64,000 nucleotides of DNA from NCBI GenBank assembly GCA_002633005.1, contig NMRA01000239.1, positions 1-64,000 on the forward strand, read 5' to 3'. Position 1 is the first letter of the stretch. Every line of letters starts with the position of its first letter. Positions 1-13,690 of the stretch are shown here, piece by piece. The DNA is from Phoronis australis. Taxonomy: Eukaryota; Animalia; Phoronida. A model generated the notes under the pieces. That model had not been told where the DNA came from. It saw nothing but the letters and a program-made list of their open reading frames with translations, and searched no databases. Both the position numbers and the translations under genes were made by a program.

Positions 1-548
1 TGGACAATAGCTTATTTCCTTTCCTGGAAGAAACACGAGGGACTGAAGCTAAAGAAGACCTAGTGACACTCTGGTCAACTTCAAGGGTCTGATTTTGGGC
101 TCAAAACGATTCAAGTTATATGCTGCTGTGTTTACGTTCAAGGGTCTAATTGTGGATGTTATTGAGGCTGAATGAGGTTACATGAAAGAAAGCTACGTGT
201 TTTTTACAAGCGCTTCTATAGGCCATTGAAACTAGATCTCAGTGAAATGAAAGCCAAAAGCTGAGTGACATTAAATTTTCCTTTCAGAAGAAAGGCTTTA
301 ACTATTGGTAAAAACTTTTCAATTTGCTACACATTATGGGGAAATTACATTCAGTGGCTGCATCGATTGTCTTATTGTATGTTTTCAATTGTACCTAGCT
401 GGATAAGAATCTGCTATGCAGAAGATTCGAGAATAAACAATTATCAGTGTATTTAAAACAAATGGCAAACTGAAAAAAGCACAGAAAGAAACAACATTGC
501 AACGGAGTCCATAATAAGGCATATCAAGTGCTAATTTCTGAATTATGT

Positions 549-1489
549 TCAATTCTCTCCGGTTATTGCTGAAGGATTGCTTTTCACTTTGTCCAAAGGT
601 AAAATAAATGGTCGGGCCGTTGGTTTCAGTTGTTTTCGCTCACCTGTAACAGAATAGTCGGAGAAATATTAGCAAATTGTAAAGGGAAAGACAAGACAAA
701 ACTACTTTTGTTAGACAGAACATACTTGACGTTTCATCTTCATGTTTATGTGTAGAAACTACTAACCTTTGTACCCAAGTCTTATTCAATATCTGAATTA
801 AAATATGTGAAACAGGCTAAAAGGGATTTAACAATAACTATTTTTCATGAAACTTAAAATGTGATCTCAACAAGTAAATTTCATTCTAGGTGTCAATTTT
901 TCTTCCAATACAATGTTACGACATTTACTGAATTAGGCTTATTCATGTTGATTCGATAACTGATCCGGTAGTCCTGGGGGGGAAATCCGCGATAAAATAA
1001 GGAAACTCACACATCTAGAGAATTTTATTGGAAACGGCATAGTTTTAAAGAGAAACTGCTGTGAAAAAGTCACCCTTGACTTCTGTGCATCACGTACCAT
1101 ACACCTCTTATTTTGGGAGCACTCCCACCCAGGACAATATGAATATGTGCTGCTAGCTTACCCGGCATCGGGTGAGTTTCCAAAAAGAAACACTTGTCTA
1201 GTTCCACTCAATAAACCTGTTATTCAGTGGGGTAACTGGTGGGGATAACATCACCAAACCATGTTGATAGAAACTTGATTGCAAAAAAACTTACCAAGTA
1301 ATGTTGTGTAGTCTCCGAATGGAACTGTTTAGTCATAGAGCACACACGGGGCTTCAGGATCCACACACTTTTTGTCAATTAGTTGACCCTTTTGACCGCA
1401 ATTGTCCACGAATATAGTAACCTTAGGTCTTTTGGGAATTTGTGGCCACCTGTCGAAGACTTGCACCAAGGAAATTAGCAGTAATAAGG
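549..1489 (-). pseudogene. Decayed THAP zinc-finger domain gene with two exon remnants (1489-1295 and 643-549), probably from a THAP-bearing DNA transposon
   Basis: The minus strand reads PYYC*FPWCKSSTGGHKFPKDLRLLYSWTIAVKRVN*LTKSVWILKPRVCSMTKQFHS/(frameshift)DYTTLLG|ERKQLKPTARPFILP. This matches the THAP pattern C-x-x-P-x-C...(F)HxFP...W...R...VCSxHF...LKxxAVPTIF. It has two in-frame stops, a frameshift and H->Q at the last zinc ligand. The intron 1294-644 has a GTAAGT donor and a TTACAG acceptor in matching phase. Confidence 0.7.
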
Positions 1490-1958
1490 CTTAGCGCGAC
1501 GACGTATTTTGATAACAATTCCATCTTTTACCAGTTGTTTACATGCAGACAGCCACGCATGCGCAATTCAATCACCACTAGTACAGCAGCGACACCGCGA
1601 GGAGAATTCTCCGAATAGCCCCATTCAAGGTTTCGTCTTTTCATTAGACATCATCAGGATCATATTTACAACATTTAGGACAACAAGTGCCAACATACAG
1701 CTCAGGTAACATCCATAGAGTGAAGTGAGAGATACATGTACATAGAATATAGTCAGTAGCTGGTCATCACCATAGTTGCAGGGTCACTCTGCTCTGCATC
1801 ATTGTTATTCAGAGAATCAGTGGCATGCTGTATAATCTGACAGTGAATGGCCAATGACTCTTTAATGTACAGTAACTCCTTATTAGGTTCTCTTCAGATA
1901 ATACTAACCGAGTTGGCTTGGTGATTGTAGCTAATACAATGCCTATACACGTGTGTTG

Positions 1959-2010
1959 TTCATCATGTTTCCACAGGGTCACTTTTCAGTATAGGTGGCG
2001 CTGTGCCAGA
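1959..2010 (+). repeat. Short dispersed repeat (second copy at 51329-51385)
   Basis: ttcatcatgtttccac...agggtcacttttcagtataggtRgcgctgtgYcaga is present at both loci; the second copy has a 6-nt insertion. Confidence 0.7.
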
Positions 2011-5000
2011 AATTAGGGCAGACTGGACTTGTACGTTTCCCTTTACGGTTAAGACTTAGTCGCTTTCTCATAGAGTCGGGCGGCTTATCGCTCTTATGTT
2101 AGGAAACTTTAGGTACACTAATGGTCGTTTAAGTAATTCAGACACGTTTTTCTTAAACATGATGTTTTGTAATTTGCTAGCTGGGCACACAGTATTCGGG
2201 TTTCATTGGCCTGGTAGAATCTTTTTTACTTTGATATCACAGGTTTGATACCGCCTTTAAAATAACATATGATATTTACTAATTCACAAAATATTTTATA
2301 AAACCTTCAGATTCAAATAATAATTTCAACTTACTAAAGACTCTGTCGTCATATAATCAATTTTTGGGAAGGTCAACGTAGCCAACTGATAGCAGCGCTC
2401 CGCCGGAACTTGAGAAAGCATTTTGAGAAATTTTGATTTTTGTTGGTGACTGAGTCACTGATGAAGTTTGAGCTAATTTGCCAAAAAACAGAAAAGACCA
2501 ATAAAGTGTCCATTAGAAAAATTTCTAAATAATTATTCTGAATATCCGTAAACTACAACTGAAAGACTCGAATTGGAAAAGGTTAACTATGCATGTTATT
2601 GCCGACGGACATCACTAGTAAGCCGAGTTAGAAAAGTATCTTTTTTCGCCCACAGGGGTTTGTAGTAGATCTGCATATCCAATAGGGATAAAGTGACACG
2701 GGCTGTAGGTTGTTCAGTGTTTTTGTACAGATTCTTCAACTGCATTGGTACCGGGGTGTGGTATTGCGGGTCCGAGGGACTCTCTAGTCACGTTTGGACA
2801 CCCTGAATGGAGCATTTTTGTGACGGCCGGGAGTTGAAATTAGGAGCACGAGTCTGCGGATTCGTAATCTGTGTACAATACTTACTAGTATAGGGTGGGA
2901 TTGTTGCCACCTTGTGGGTATTCGGTGCTGTCACCAAATCGTAAAGAAATTGCTCAATCAAATACTGGTTGTGCATCTCTGTGGTCGGGTTTCAAAGTGA
3001 CACAAGCGGCGAGAAAATTGTTCTTAGACCTGCCCTTAGTTTCGCAGTGGCAATGATTTAAAGACTTGCTTTTACATTGTAGCCAGCAACTACTAGCAAC
3101 AGTTTCAACGTTGACCCTGGGTGGACTTCCTGAAAACGCTGCCAGTTGCAAATTAGCGTAAATTTCTCAACGAAATAGGCATTATATAATGCGCTCCAAA
3201 ATTGACCATACGAGATTCTCGGAAAGATAAACAATTTGTGATAATCCTGAATATGCCACGTACAATTGCAATCATTTGACAGTTCAATCAATATCTTTAG
3301 AAAATTGTTGTCTTGATAGGCTCCTGTTCACGTGGCTACTTTCATGACAGACAGAGCTAATAATGTAAACGCATGCGCGCATACATAATCAGTGGGAAGG
3401 AAGCTTGAAAGGTTGTGGTAACCACAATGATATTTGCAGTATTTTCAAAATGGTCTGTTTGGTGATCTTTTCTTGTAATTCTCACATAGTTAGGTCGAAT
3501 TGAATAACTCTCCGGTACTACGTGTAACTACTGAAAGGTAGTTTCGGCAAGAACCAGCTAAAGGGTTTTTTATGGGCTTTCGCGTTCTAAGAGTTCGTCA
3601 CTGTTTAGCTGCTAATGTTGAATTTAGCCGAAGCGCTTTGGAATTTAAATACATTTCCATATTTATCCAATCTTAATGTGTTGCAGACAGAACTCAACTC
3701 AAAGACCATGCATTCACGTCTAATTTTCGAATTCGCACCTTTGTGTTGTCAGACCACGATAAATCCTGGAGCGGTGTTTTCTCATTTGAGGCGTTGATGG
3801 ACGGTTTCAATGATCCTGGTGGCAATGAAACCATGTCCTATCCCGGTATATATAAGGAATGTCGTGTGACATATTCAATGAGTTTAAGTGGCTTAATTCA
3901 TTTTTGTTTCGTTTTGTTTTCGCAGTTAATAATGAAGAAATGTAGTTGTGTTTGGCGAAAAATACAAATGAAATTCAACTTAAACCTGAATTTCCATATT
4001 TTGTACGGCAAAAATTTAATTTAATCAAAAAATTTAATTGGGTTCTCCGGAAAATCTGATCCATCATAATCGTAACAGAATGCGACGATATGCGATTATA
4101 TGCGACGATATGCGGCTTTGTGTTTTTTTGCACCCAGATGAAAGAGACAGTTCCATTAATAACATATAAAAGCTGGTTTTAATTTGAGGTTTAGCCCCCA
4201 ATTTCGGATCAAGTACCTTTACAGGTATATTGAGCACTACATCGACAGTCGAAAATGGCGTTATTTAAAAGTCAGTATAAATTAAAACGGAAGCGGTTTG
4301 CTAAGCCAAGTATAACACTTACATATATGAGCTCCTATCCGACTTCAGTACAACCACAGAAATAAGAAGCTTGCCATATTTCACCACTCGATTCTTGCGA
4401 TCATTGCAAAATTAAATGAAAGTAACAGTATTGTTATCGTCTAGAAATTTCAGGAAATAAGTCTGTGTTGCGACAGCTTTCTATATTGCTCCTACACCAG
4501 TTGCACAGTTTCATGCACAAAAATGCTGACGCCTGCAAAATTAGCATTGACTTGTTACGTACGAAATTCAATAAACAAATACAAACGCATTCTAAGCATG
4601 GACCCTTCAAATACTCTGGCATGGCACTGATTGAGTAGATGTGATATTTTCAGAAACAATTTCGTTTTGTTCTCAGCCATCTGGTATATCTATACGCTTG
4701 GTGTCTAGCAGCCTCGTGAAGCATTCCGCGGACGCTGGCATCGCGAGCATGTCAGATATCCGTCCAGGGTACTGGTTCCACCTGTGGAGAATCGAACCTT
4801 TTGGCACGCGTTAACTGGCATGAGAATATTAAGGTATTGCTTTTGAGTGGACTCGAGACATTGTCTGACTAAATGTGTATCACTGACATCAAAGCCTGCT
4901 TAATCTCGTGAGTGATTCTAATTAAGACTAATTCAACGGAATAAAAAGTGGAGGAATTTTGCATCCAGATGCAAAAATATCTTCTGATCGGTTAAATTAG

Positions 5001-5513
5001 AATTCTTGAGTACCAATTTGGGTTTACAGAATCCGGTTAATAGGGCAACTTTAAGTTTTTTACTTCGTACCAGTCGAATACAAAATAATGCTTTTTTGAA
5101 ACTGTACAGTTTTAGAAGCTTCGTTGTCGCTAGGTTTCCTGTTTTAAAAAGCAAAACATTATTAATTTATGCACTAACAAACGCAAACTGTGTGATTTAA
5201 AAACAATTTCTTTCGAAATTCAAGCATTTATTTAACACAGAGTAGATTAATCATCACAACTGGCCTAAATTTAGAAAATAGACTACCGCGGCATCGTTTT
5301 AAAAACAGTAATCAAAGCCTGGAGGGGTCTTATAAATTTCGCAATCACCAGCTTCGTGCTCTTTTTTCGTCCGTTATTTTAACTCAACTCTGTTGTCGCA
5401 ATAAACAACTGAGGAAGATTAATGAATATGCTAGCAGAAAAGCTACTATGCGGGTGTAGTAGTAAGTTATGCTTTTCAACTTTTGAAGTGGGTGAATGCT
5501 AAACACACTTCCC

Positions 5514-5514
<1 letters not shown>

Positions 5515-5589
<75 letters not shown>
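5515..5589. repeat. (TG)n microsatellite, about 37 units
   Basis: Perfect dinucleotide run, directly visible. Confidence 0.98.
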
Positions 5590-5590
<1 letters not shown>

Positions 5591-8500
5591 CATTATTTAG
5601 GTAAACCTCCAGTTATGGGACAAAAATCACTTTTCCAATCAACAAAGACAAAATACGTCGAGGTACGTCTACCTGCTGCAGGAATCACATTAAACGTCCT
5701 AATAAAGTTTCTCTGTTCGATAGAACTCTCCTTTATCCCGGGGGTAATAAAGCGCGTGCCTCGTTTTGAAATGGCACATTTTTGTCATTCAAAAACCGCC
5801 GAGGTGTAGTTCTGTAGAAATATTTCTGTTTTCAACCATTCAAAACTGCTGGAATTGAAAGGGTATTTTCAAGAAAGCGGATTTTGTTCAGTTCAAAAAT
5901 TAATTCGACGTACTTGTTTTCAATCCACTAACTTCGCATTTTCTTCTTGAATTGATATCGGGAAAGCAAGGAACGTAACATCAAGTTTATTTAGCATTCT
6001 CTCCTCGGAGTTGCAGCTCAAAGCACATCAATAATACTTTGTTGACATTGGAAGGACGAATAGAGTAATGCAGCCGAGAAGAAACTTGTAAAGAATACGA
6101 CAATAAAGAACATGTGGAATTCCAATGGCGCGAAAACCGCTAGGCTACAAATGTGCTTGACGGATATCGCGGCATTGTGGGTAAATACAACGAGCTTCGA
6201 GTGTCACTGTATAATCCGGGACGACCCTACATGTACATATATGCCCTAAAATTTCAATATCAACTGATGGTATTTTTCTCTTTTCTAGTGCTCATATGTG
6301 CGCACGTTGAATTTACTGCGAAACTTGCTAACAACAAAAGACATTTTTTAATAGAATCCTTGGGCAATTCAAAGTGATTTCTGTCGAATTTGAACCAGTC
6401 CCTGTCCAACAAACAAGAAATTAATGTTCCACTTCGCCACTAATTTATTCCACCGCGCTTCTTGCTTGTGTACAAGAACGTCACATTAAACCTGAATCTC
6501 GCAAAAGAAGCTAGCGTGGTCACGTGCTTCGTTTGTAGTACATGGCGATATCTCGCGAAGTTTTGCGTGTTCTTGCGTTTTCTGGATTTTATCGCGTCTA
6601 CGGAAGGCACGCCTGGGAGTTTTCTCGCAATATAACAGAGGTCATGGTAGGGGTTAATTATGAAGTATCACCGAAATTCCCCGAAACGAGTTTAGGAAAT
6701 GTCAACAGTCATGACATTACAAATGCACCAGTTAGTCTGTGGCTTTTGTGGTTTATTCTCGTCTTCGTATTCTTAAAGATTGCTGGAAATCTTTGACATA
6801 TTTTAATTACTCTTTCGGGAGCATATTTATTTATTTATTTATTTATTGTGATATTTAAAATGAGGGTGACCTCTTCAGTGATAGCACTGCTTTCCGTAGC
6901 CCAGGTTGAAACAATACGTGTAGTTGGCTCGAAAATCTCCAACGGAAACAATAAAACTGGCCGCGTTTGTTCAGGTTCACAATATTTCAAGGACTGGGAC
7001 GTGTGGGTTTTAACTTGTTCGCATTGTGTTGAGTTGTTCATTTCTTTTCAAGAAGGCGATACTTCAAACTTAGTTGATAAAGTGCTTCAGACCTTATTGA
7101 AACCCAATATGCTCAAAGAACTGTGCTTCAGGCGAAGGCCATTGTTTTGAAATGTGTATATTATCGAAGAAGTGAGTCGAGACATATAAAACTGGATTTT
7201 GAGAAGTGTTCCATAATCACTGAATGTAGTACACCTGTGTGCCTCAGGCCTACATGAACCTTGAAGGAAGCCACATAGTCTTTTCTGAAACATCCTGCGG
7301 ATAAATATAGCATTCAGACATGATGGGAACAAATGAAACATTAATTGCGCACTGTACAGTTTAAACACGGTTGAGTTTAAATTATTGCTTTCTCCTTCTA
7401 CTATTAATATAGTGTGCCTGCCGTGACGCGCCATAATGTACCTTCTCGTCAATGTCCCAGAGGGGGTAGTGTGTAAACACATATGTACGTCATGCTTTGG
7501 TTTTACTTTTAATTTACACGTGATTTGACTGTCTGTACTTCAAACCCATTTGCGGAGCTTGGCTTGTAAAGGCTTTCAGAAATCATTTTGACAAGTACAT
7601 CAATAGTTACCACATACTATGCGCTCGCGTGCACCGGTATAAAATGTCGATCAATGAAAATTGACAGTTACTTCTCCACAGGATATTTTTTATTTTTGTC
7701 CCAACCATTCCACTCATGACTTCGCAAAGGCAATGTATGAAAACTATTTACGTGAACGGTAATTCACAACCTTCGTTAAGTCAATGCGCGGTTTCATCAA
7801 ATAACTTTTTACTGCCAGTTTTCATCCCAAACATTTTCTGAATCTTTGTTGGCTGAAATTATTAAGTTCATATCTTAAAACGCCGCGTCACGTGACCGGC
7901 ATTTTAATGAGAATTATTTTTACTTCACTAGGATTCCCAAAAAATGAGATCTAAAAGTCCCGTTGACTTCATGTTTGAGCTCTTCGTTCTTCCTGTCGAT
8001 ACGTACGGTAGGGTACCGTGTCTCTGATTTTTATTGACCTTCAAACACTATGAGATATCAGCTATAAAAGTTCCTTTTTAAACAATGACCCAAATTTTTG
8101 TATTTTTCGATCGATGATGTGTCTCTGTTGTTCGAATAAAAATAAAACTTCTGAGACGTTGTGCCTTTAGAGATAGACTTTAAAATGCGAGAGCAAAGTT
8201 TCGTGAGAATCGATCCACACACTAAAACAGAAATCTGTGTTCTAAATTTCCAAAAGTTTAAAACCTTCAAAAGGCTGGAAAGGGGCCGATGATGGACGAT
8301 GATGGCCGATGATGGCCGATAAAGATTCGCCACGTAATTAAACTCAGTTGAAGTAGTCCCGTATATTTGGCACTTACATACATGTAACGCATTTAAAGAA
8401 ATGACATGGGTAGCAATGTAAAATACAGATATATTTCTATACAATTAGTGGGAATTGCATTTTTTGAAAAAAATCCATGAAAGTTGACAGTTGTTACCTC

Positions 8501-11080
8501 CAAGAAAACAAAATCATCTACTTAGCATGCAGTGTTCACGATACACGAGAATATCAGGTGGCGTTTTAAAATTACGAATTGGATACGAATAATTTTGACT
8601 GATAGTGAGTTTTTCAGGGGAAAATCGCAAGTGGTAGTTTTATTTGCGGAAACCATTCACCAAATTGTGTAAAAGAATTTTTAAAGTGCTGAGTTCTAAG
8701 CCAGCTTCAACAATTTAAATCGTAGCTCCAATTTATTCAGCAACAGTCTTTTAACGTGGCTTCTTAGAATAAAGTGTGGATCAGTCGTAACTTAAGTCTC
8801 ATGTACAAGTGAACCATGCCTCGTAAAGTGGCAAGCAAAACCTTTTAGCAAAGATTTCCACCATAAGCGCATGTTGCACGAAAACGTGATGCTCAACCAA
8901 ATTTGATCACATGATGTGTGCGTGAAGCACAACAATATCTGTGGCTGTGATTGGTTGAACACAATGCAAAACTCCATGTCCCGACCCCACTAGTCATTTC
9001 AGTCAGAAATAGGCCTCAGAATAAAAGCCATTTTTTAATGTAAGGTTAACACAAACTACTAGGTTGTAACAACGTGGGCCTTTCTCAAGTCAATGTCTTT
9101 CATTTTGTGGATGCAGCGCCACCTTTGAAAGCCATGGTTTTGGCTAATATTTCTGGTGCGAAATCTTTTATTTTGGTTCTTTGATACGTTCGTTCGTTAA
9201 TTCAACCGGAAGAAGACTGGTTAGGAACTCAACAAAAGTATTTATTCAATTTTAAGTAGGATTTACAATTTCGTAAAAAAGGTCATATTTGAGGGATATT
9301 TTGCAGTGTATTTTTTTAATAAATTCCTTCCATGGGTTTCGTGCAATCGTGGTGACTCTGTAAAAGGGTCGTTATTATAATTTTCCAGCGGCACAATCAC
9401 GTCACACTAGTGAAGCCCCCTCCCAACGGAGTGACCGAGCGGTGCCAGTGCAGCTCAAGTCGTCGGGGGCTACAATCAGGGGTGGAAGCGTGTGCTAATC
9501 AGTACTCCGGGCCAGTACATGTACTACCTTTTTGGTATTTCGGGCTGTTGCATAATAAATGATATAATGTGCTTTGAACCATCGTACAAATATTTCGAAA
9601 GCACCCAAGCGTCTACACTGCCTCACGTGGGAATTCATGAAATCTGAACGTTCCATAGGATTAACTGAAAACGTGTAGCCAGGGAATCAATTGAAAATAA
9701 TGGGAGGATATTTGTAGCACAAGGCAAAGAAATCATCGTTTTATTTTCGTCGTTTCTTGCACAAAACAGTTGCAAGACATTAAAAGAACTTTTCATTTTA
9801 GTGTATAATGCGGGCACAGTTTCTGGCTGGTTCATTATCTCACAAACTACAGTACTTTATAGTTGTGAAGTTTGACTGAACGTTAAGTTCCAAAAGAAGC
9901 TGGTTGCGCTTCTGTTGCGAGAGATACTCTAGCGTATGCTAAATAAATACTCGTCATTACATTACCCGTCAAAAACAACAAACTGGCTGTGGTATTTTGA
10001 TTGTTTTCCCGCCACCACACGTGCTGTAGGGTTAAAAAGTGTCAGCGATAGCAATAACCATGAACGTACGACGGTAATTAGAGAGAAGGAATCCTTGTGC
10101 TACTTTTGGATTGGTCGCGTGTCATGGCTTCGCCGACTGGTTACGCTTTGCTCCGGCACAGCCAATGAATATGATGCGATTGCGTTTTGTGGGATGAGAG
10201 ATTGGCAATAAGCGATATGTGAAAGGGGTATATATATGTAGAAGTAAAGGCCCAGAACAAGAAACGAATAGATACAAGCCCGGTATTACGGCACGAAGAA
10301 TTCCTCTACCATTCCTTAGGCAAGATGCACATACTTGTTTGGTTGCTAACACTGTTTGGCGCGTGCACGCGCGTACGTGCGGATTTTAAGCGTTATATTA
10401 CCAGGTCACCAACAAGGTACGATACTTCTTTCATGATATTGATATTATTGTTACTATTATAGCTTATCATTGTTGGCATTATGAATAACAATTTTCATTC
10501 TAATCATCATTCTTGTGATTGGTAATATTACATGATTTATCAAAATCTTCATCATGATCTTCACTGTAAATCTTATTACTGTGGGTGTTACTTTTGTTTA
10601 GAGTTTCTGTTAATTGCTTGTAGACACAGTTATCATTATTGTTATTGTTATTATTGAAGTAGCAAATGTTGTCGCTTCTGACACTAAAATGTAGTCAGTG
10701 CCGGGGTAGCGCCATTTTTTTCGGGTTTTTTTTGTTTTTTTTTTTCGCCGTTGTCATTTCTTGGGTGTTCTACCGTTCAGTATTTGGACATTTGCCAGTT
10801 GTCGGCTTCTATAACTCATCACAGCGTATTGCGTTTTGACTCATGTGATCAGTTACTTCAACCTATAATTCCTGATCAAAAACAATTACTCGACGTTTTA
10901 CTTTATTTCTGGACGTGAGATACAATGTCTTTAATGATCAAGTTGATGGATCACTTTGCCGAATCAGGATTGGAAACGATTCTATGGCCGCGACCCTTAA
11001 TTGCAGCTGTGATTCCATAGTCCTGGATCAGCAAACAAAAAAACCTGAAGTACAAATTCCACACTCGCGATCCTAACCCC

Positions 11081-11098
11081 NACACACACACACACACG
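11081..11098. repeat. (AC)n microsatellite starting at a single-N contig join
   Basis: An n at 11081 is followed by acacacac... Confidence 0.85.
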
Positions 11099-13169
11099 CA
11101 CCGAAACTCTTCATATCCTGAAACCAAACTCGATTCATTCCCGCTCCGATGGTCCAGAACAGGAGTTTGTTCCTGTGCATGGAGTTCGGTCACCGGGCAT
11201 GGAGTATTTTCGGTGCATGGATGGAGTTTAGGGTAGCGGGCGAGGAATGTGCGCTTCGGGTTTCGTGTCATAATGTTGATGGTTCGGGGCTGGGTTTTAG
11301 GACATCGAAGCTGGAATTTAGGGGCGCGGCCAAGGGATCGTTTCCATCTCCTGTAATTGTATTGATGAAAAGAGAAAACGCCGTGCTTTGCCCCAATGTG
11401 GGGCAAGACGAACACGTACAGTTGTGATTAATAAGAAGATTGAAAGTCGCTTCTGAGGCGGAGGTGTGACCGCTTTAAGCCAATGCGTTTATGTTCACAT
11501 TCTGGTACCAAATTTACCGCCCTCGGGCAAATTGTTAGGAGAAGAATGCTTTTTTAACCTGCTATTGACGATGACAGGACGTGCAGCTTTCTTTGTTCTG
11601 TCGTGTGTTGTCTACTATTGACTTTTATTTTGTTATAACTTGCGGGACAAAGGTGTTGTGGGCTTTGAAAAGGAGGAACTGTGCCAAAATAAGCAAAGAA
11701 AAAGTGAATTGTTTGCATACAATGGGTTGACACTCCCTCATTAGATCCTGTAACAGGTGCATCATTGAGGAATGACGAGGAAACAAAGGGTTGAAAGAAA
11801 TCGGTGTTCTTTTGTTGCTCTATTGTTGTATTGAAGGTCTGAATAGGAACAAATTTGAGAATGCAGAGTGGTTGATATAGGAAATTAAACAATTTTGTAC
11901 TCATAGGAAATATGATATTGAGCTCTAATTTACTGGCCCTGTCGGTTGACTTTTGTATATATACCTGTGACGAATTTCCAGGCAAACGTTTGACCTACAT
12001 GTATGTATTGACCGTTGCCCAAGTTTATGCACTAGTATTATGAAGTGGCAAGTTTTGAGCGAGGGCAGTTTTCATTCGATAGATCTTTTTTACATTGTTT
12101 TAACCTTGATTTCAAATCATTTTTCGGTTCAATGTGTGCTTCAAAATAGAGTCACTTCTGCACGAGTTCTTTTGTTTCATTGTTTCCAACAATCACGTGC
12201 AGTGCCCATAACTGCGAAAAACCTATGAAATTGTGCATACGCACGCGCCAATATTTCGCAGTGGTGATGGTTATAGTTCGCGTAATAGAAGCAGAAATAA
12301 TCCTATACTGAATACCTACTTGTCAACAAAAATAACAAAATTGAAAACGAACGTGTTGAGTTCGTTGTCAATTTAGCCTTCTTTAAGCCGTCAAGTATGA
12401 CAGCATAATATCGAAGAACAGTTGTTTATAATTCAGGCTGGGGAAACAACTCTTACCGAGGGTAGTATTCTTTACCGCAGGACTTGAACTTCAACCACAT
12501 AATTCAATCTTACCGCAGATAGTTTTGAGGGCAAATGACCGAAGTGCGTGACCCAGCTTCTGCGTGCTGACCGAATCACAACAGTACTGTGCTATAGGGC
12601 CTAACACTACAGCTATGTGTAAAATGAATCAGTCGTATTACAATTACTGACTTTCACGGAGGTCAGTATGTCGATTTTCAGACTCCAACATGTGATAATG
12701 ACCGAGGCGGAGCCAGCTTCCAATGACAATTTCTTAAAATAAGCTGCTGGTTGAAATTATCATAATTCTCTTACATAACGATTGGCTAACAAATGACACC
12801 CATCATTTTGCCCTTGCACTTTCTTGAGGTGGTAGCGTGTTAGAAACAGGTTCACAAAGTATTAATTTCACTATATAGGTGGCACATAATGCGTCGAATT
12901 AATTCGAAAACGGAAAGGCGTCGTCGTCTCCTTAATAGATACCTATTTCACAATTTTCAAGAAAATTCCTCATGGAACTCCAAAGATACAGAAACAAAGT
13001 TAAATAGTTTTGTCACTAGGAGACATAGCGGTAGACGCGTACGGCGGTAGAAAATTCGCTCTTGCCGCCCGAACAACTAAGAAAATGTCTACAAAATTCC
13101 ACAAACATCAAGTAACTGTTTTGGAGATTCATTGTACTGATAACAGCTCCCGTCAGACGGAAGCCGGAT

Positions 13170-13257
13170 GCATTCCGGATGAACGGACGACAGGATAGAC
13201 GGACGGACAGGGATGACGGTGTAATGTGCCCACATGTATATAGCGGGCGCATGAAAA
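13170..13257 (+). mobile_element. 3' end of a HINE/DINE-1/Pearl-like non-autonomous element
   Basis: A degenerate (GGAC/GACA)n tract is followed by a hairpin (tgcccac atgtatata gcgggcg) and then atgaaaa. This is the usual 3' layout of Helentron-associated elements. The 5' end was not defined. Confidence 0.4.
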
Positions 13258-13643
13258 TGAATTAAAAATGCGTTACTAAGGCAGCGGTCAATATGGAGAA
13301 TTGTTGACTCCAAAGTATTGACCGCTGAGTTTATAACTTCATATTCTGCCCAAAGCTGATATAATAAAAGCCAATACTAACAGGCGATTTGTAATAAAAC
13401 CGCAGAAAACAACGGAATTTATTGTTTTAAAGCTCTGGTTAAAGCTAATAATGTCTTAAAGTTTATTCCATTCAACATTTTTCCAAAACCTGTGTTTTTC
13501 GGTCGTAAAAACGACAATGTGTTTTTACCTTCATAAGGCTTAACACGAATCAGCGAAGCAAAATATTAACTTAATCTTCCAAACTACAGGACAGCGGCCT
13601 CTAGCGACCACTTGGCACAATTCTATATGTTTCCGTAATAACT

Positions 13644-13690
13644 ATGGTTTTTGTGTTAGGATTTTTGTTCGTGGTAACATTTTTGAGGAG
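13644..13690 (+). CDS. Secreted Cys-rich protein, coding exon 1 (signal-peptide-like)
   Basis: MVFVLGFLFVVTFLR+AG|gtaggt; an upstream acceptor ctacag ends at 13589. Confidence 0.5.

Noticed and set aside
5384-5809. ORFs with poly-HT or poly-VC
   Set aside because: They are translations of the (TG)n microsatellite.
6542-7482. Several 84-131 aa ORFs and a possible minus-strand terminal exon ending at (AAAT)n
   Set aside because: No recognisable domain, overlapping frames on both strands and no partner exon found.
9413-9472. GC-rich hairpin (agccccc...gggggct) as a structured ncRNA
   Set aside because: It matches no RNA family core I can recognise, and the pairing is compatible with chance.
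10951-11985. 154-aa and 143-aa minus-strand ORFs
   Set aside because: One crosses an N join and a microsatellite; neither has domain motifs or splice support.
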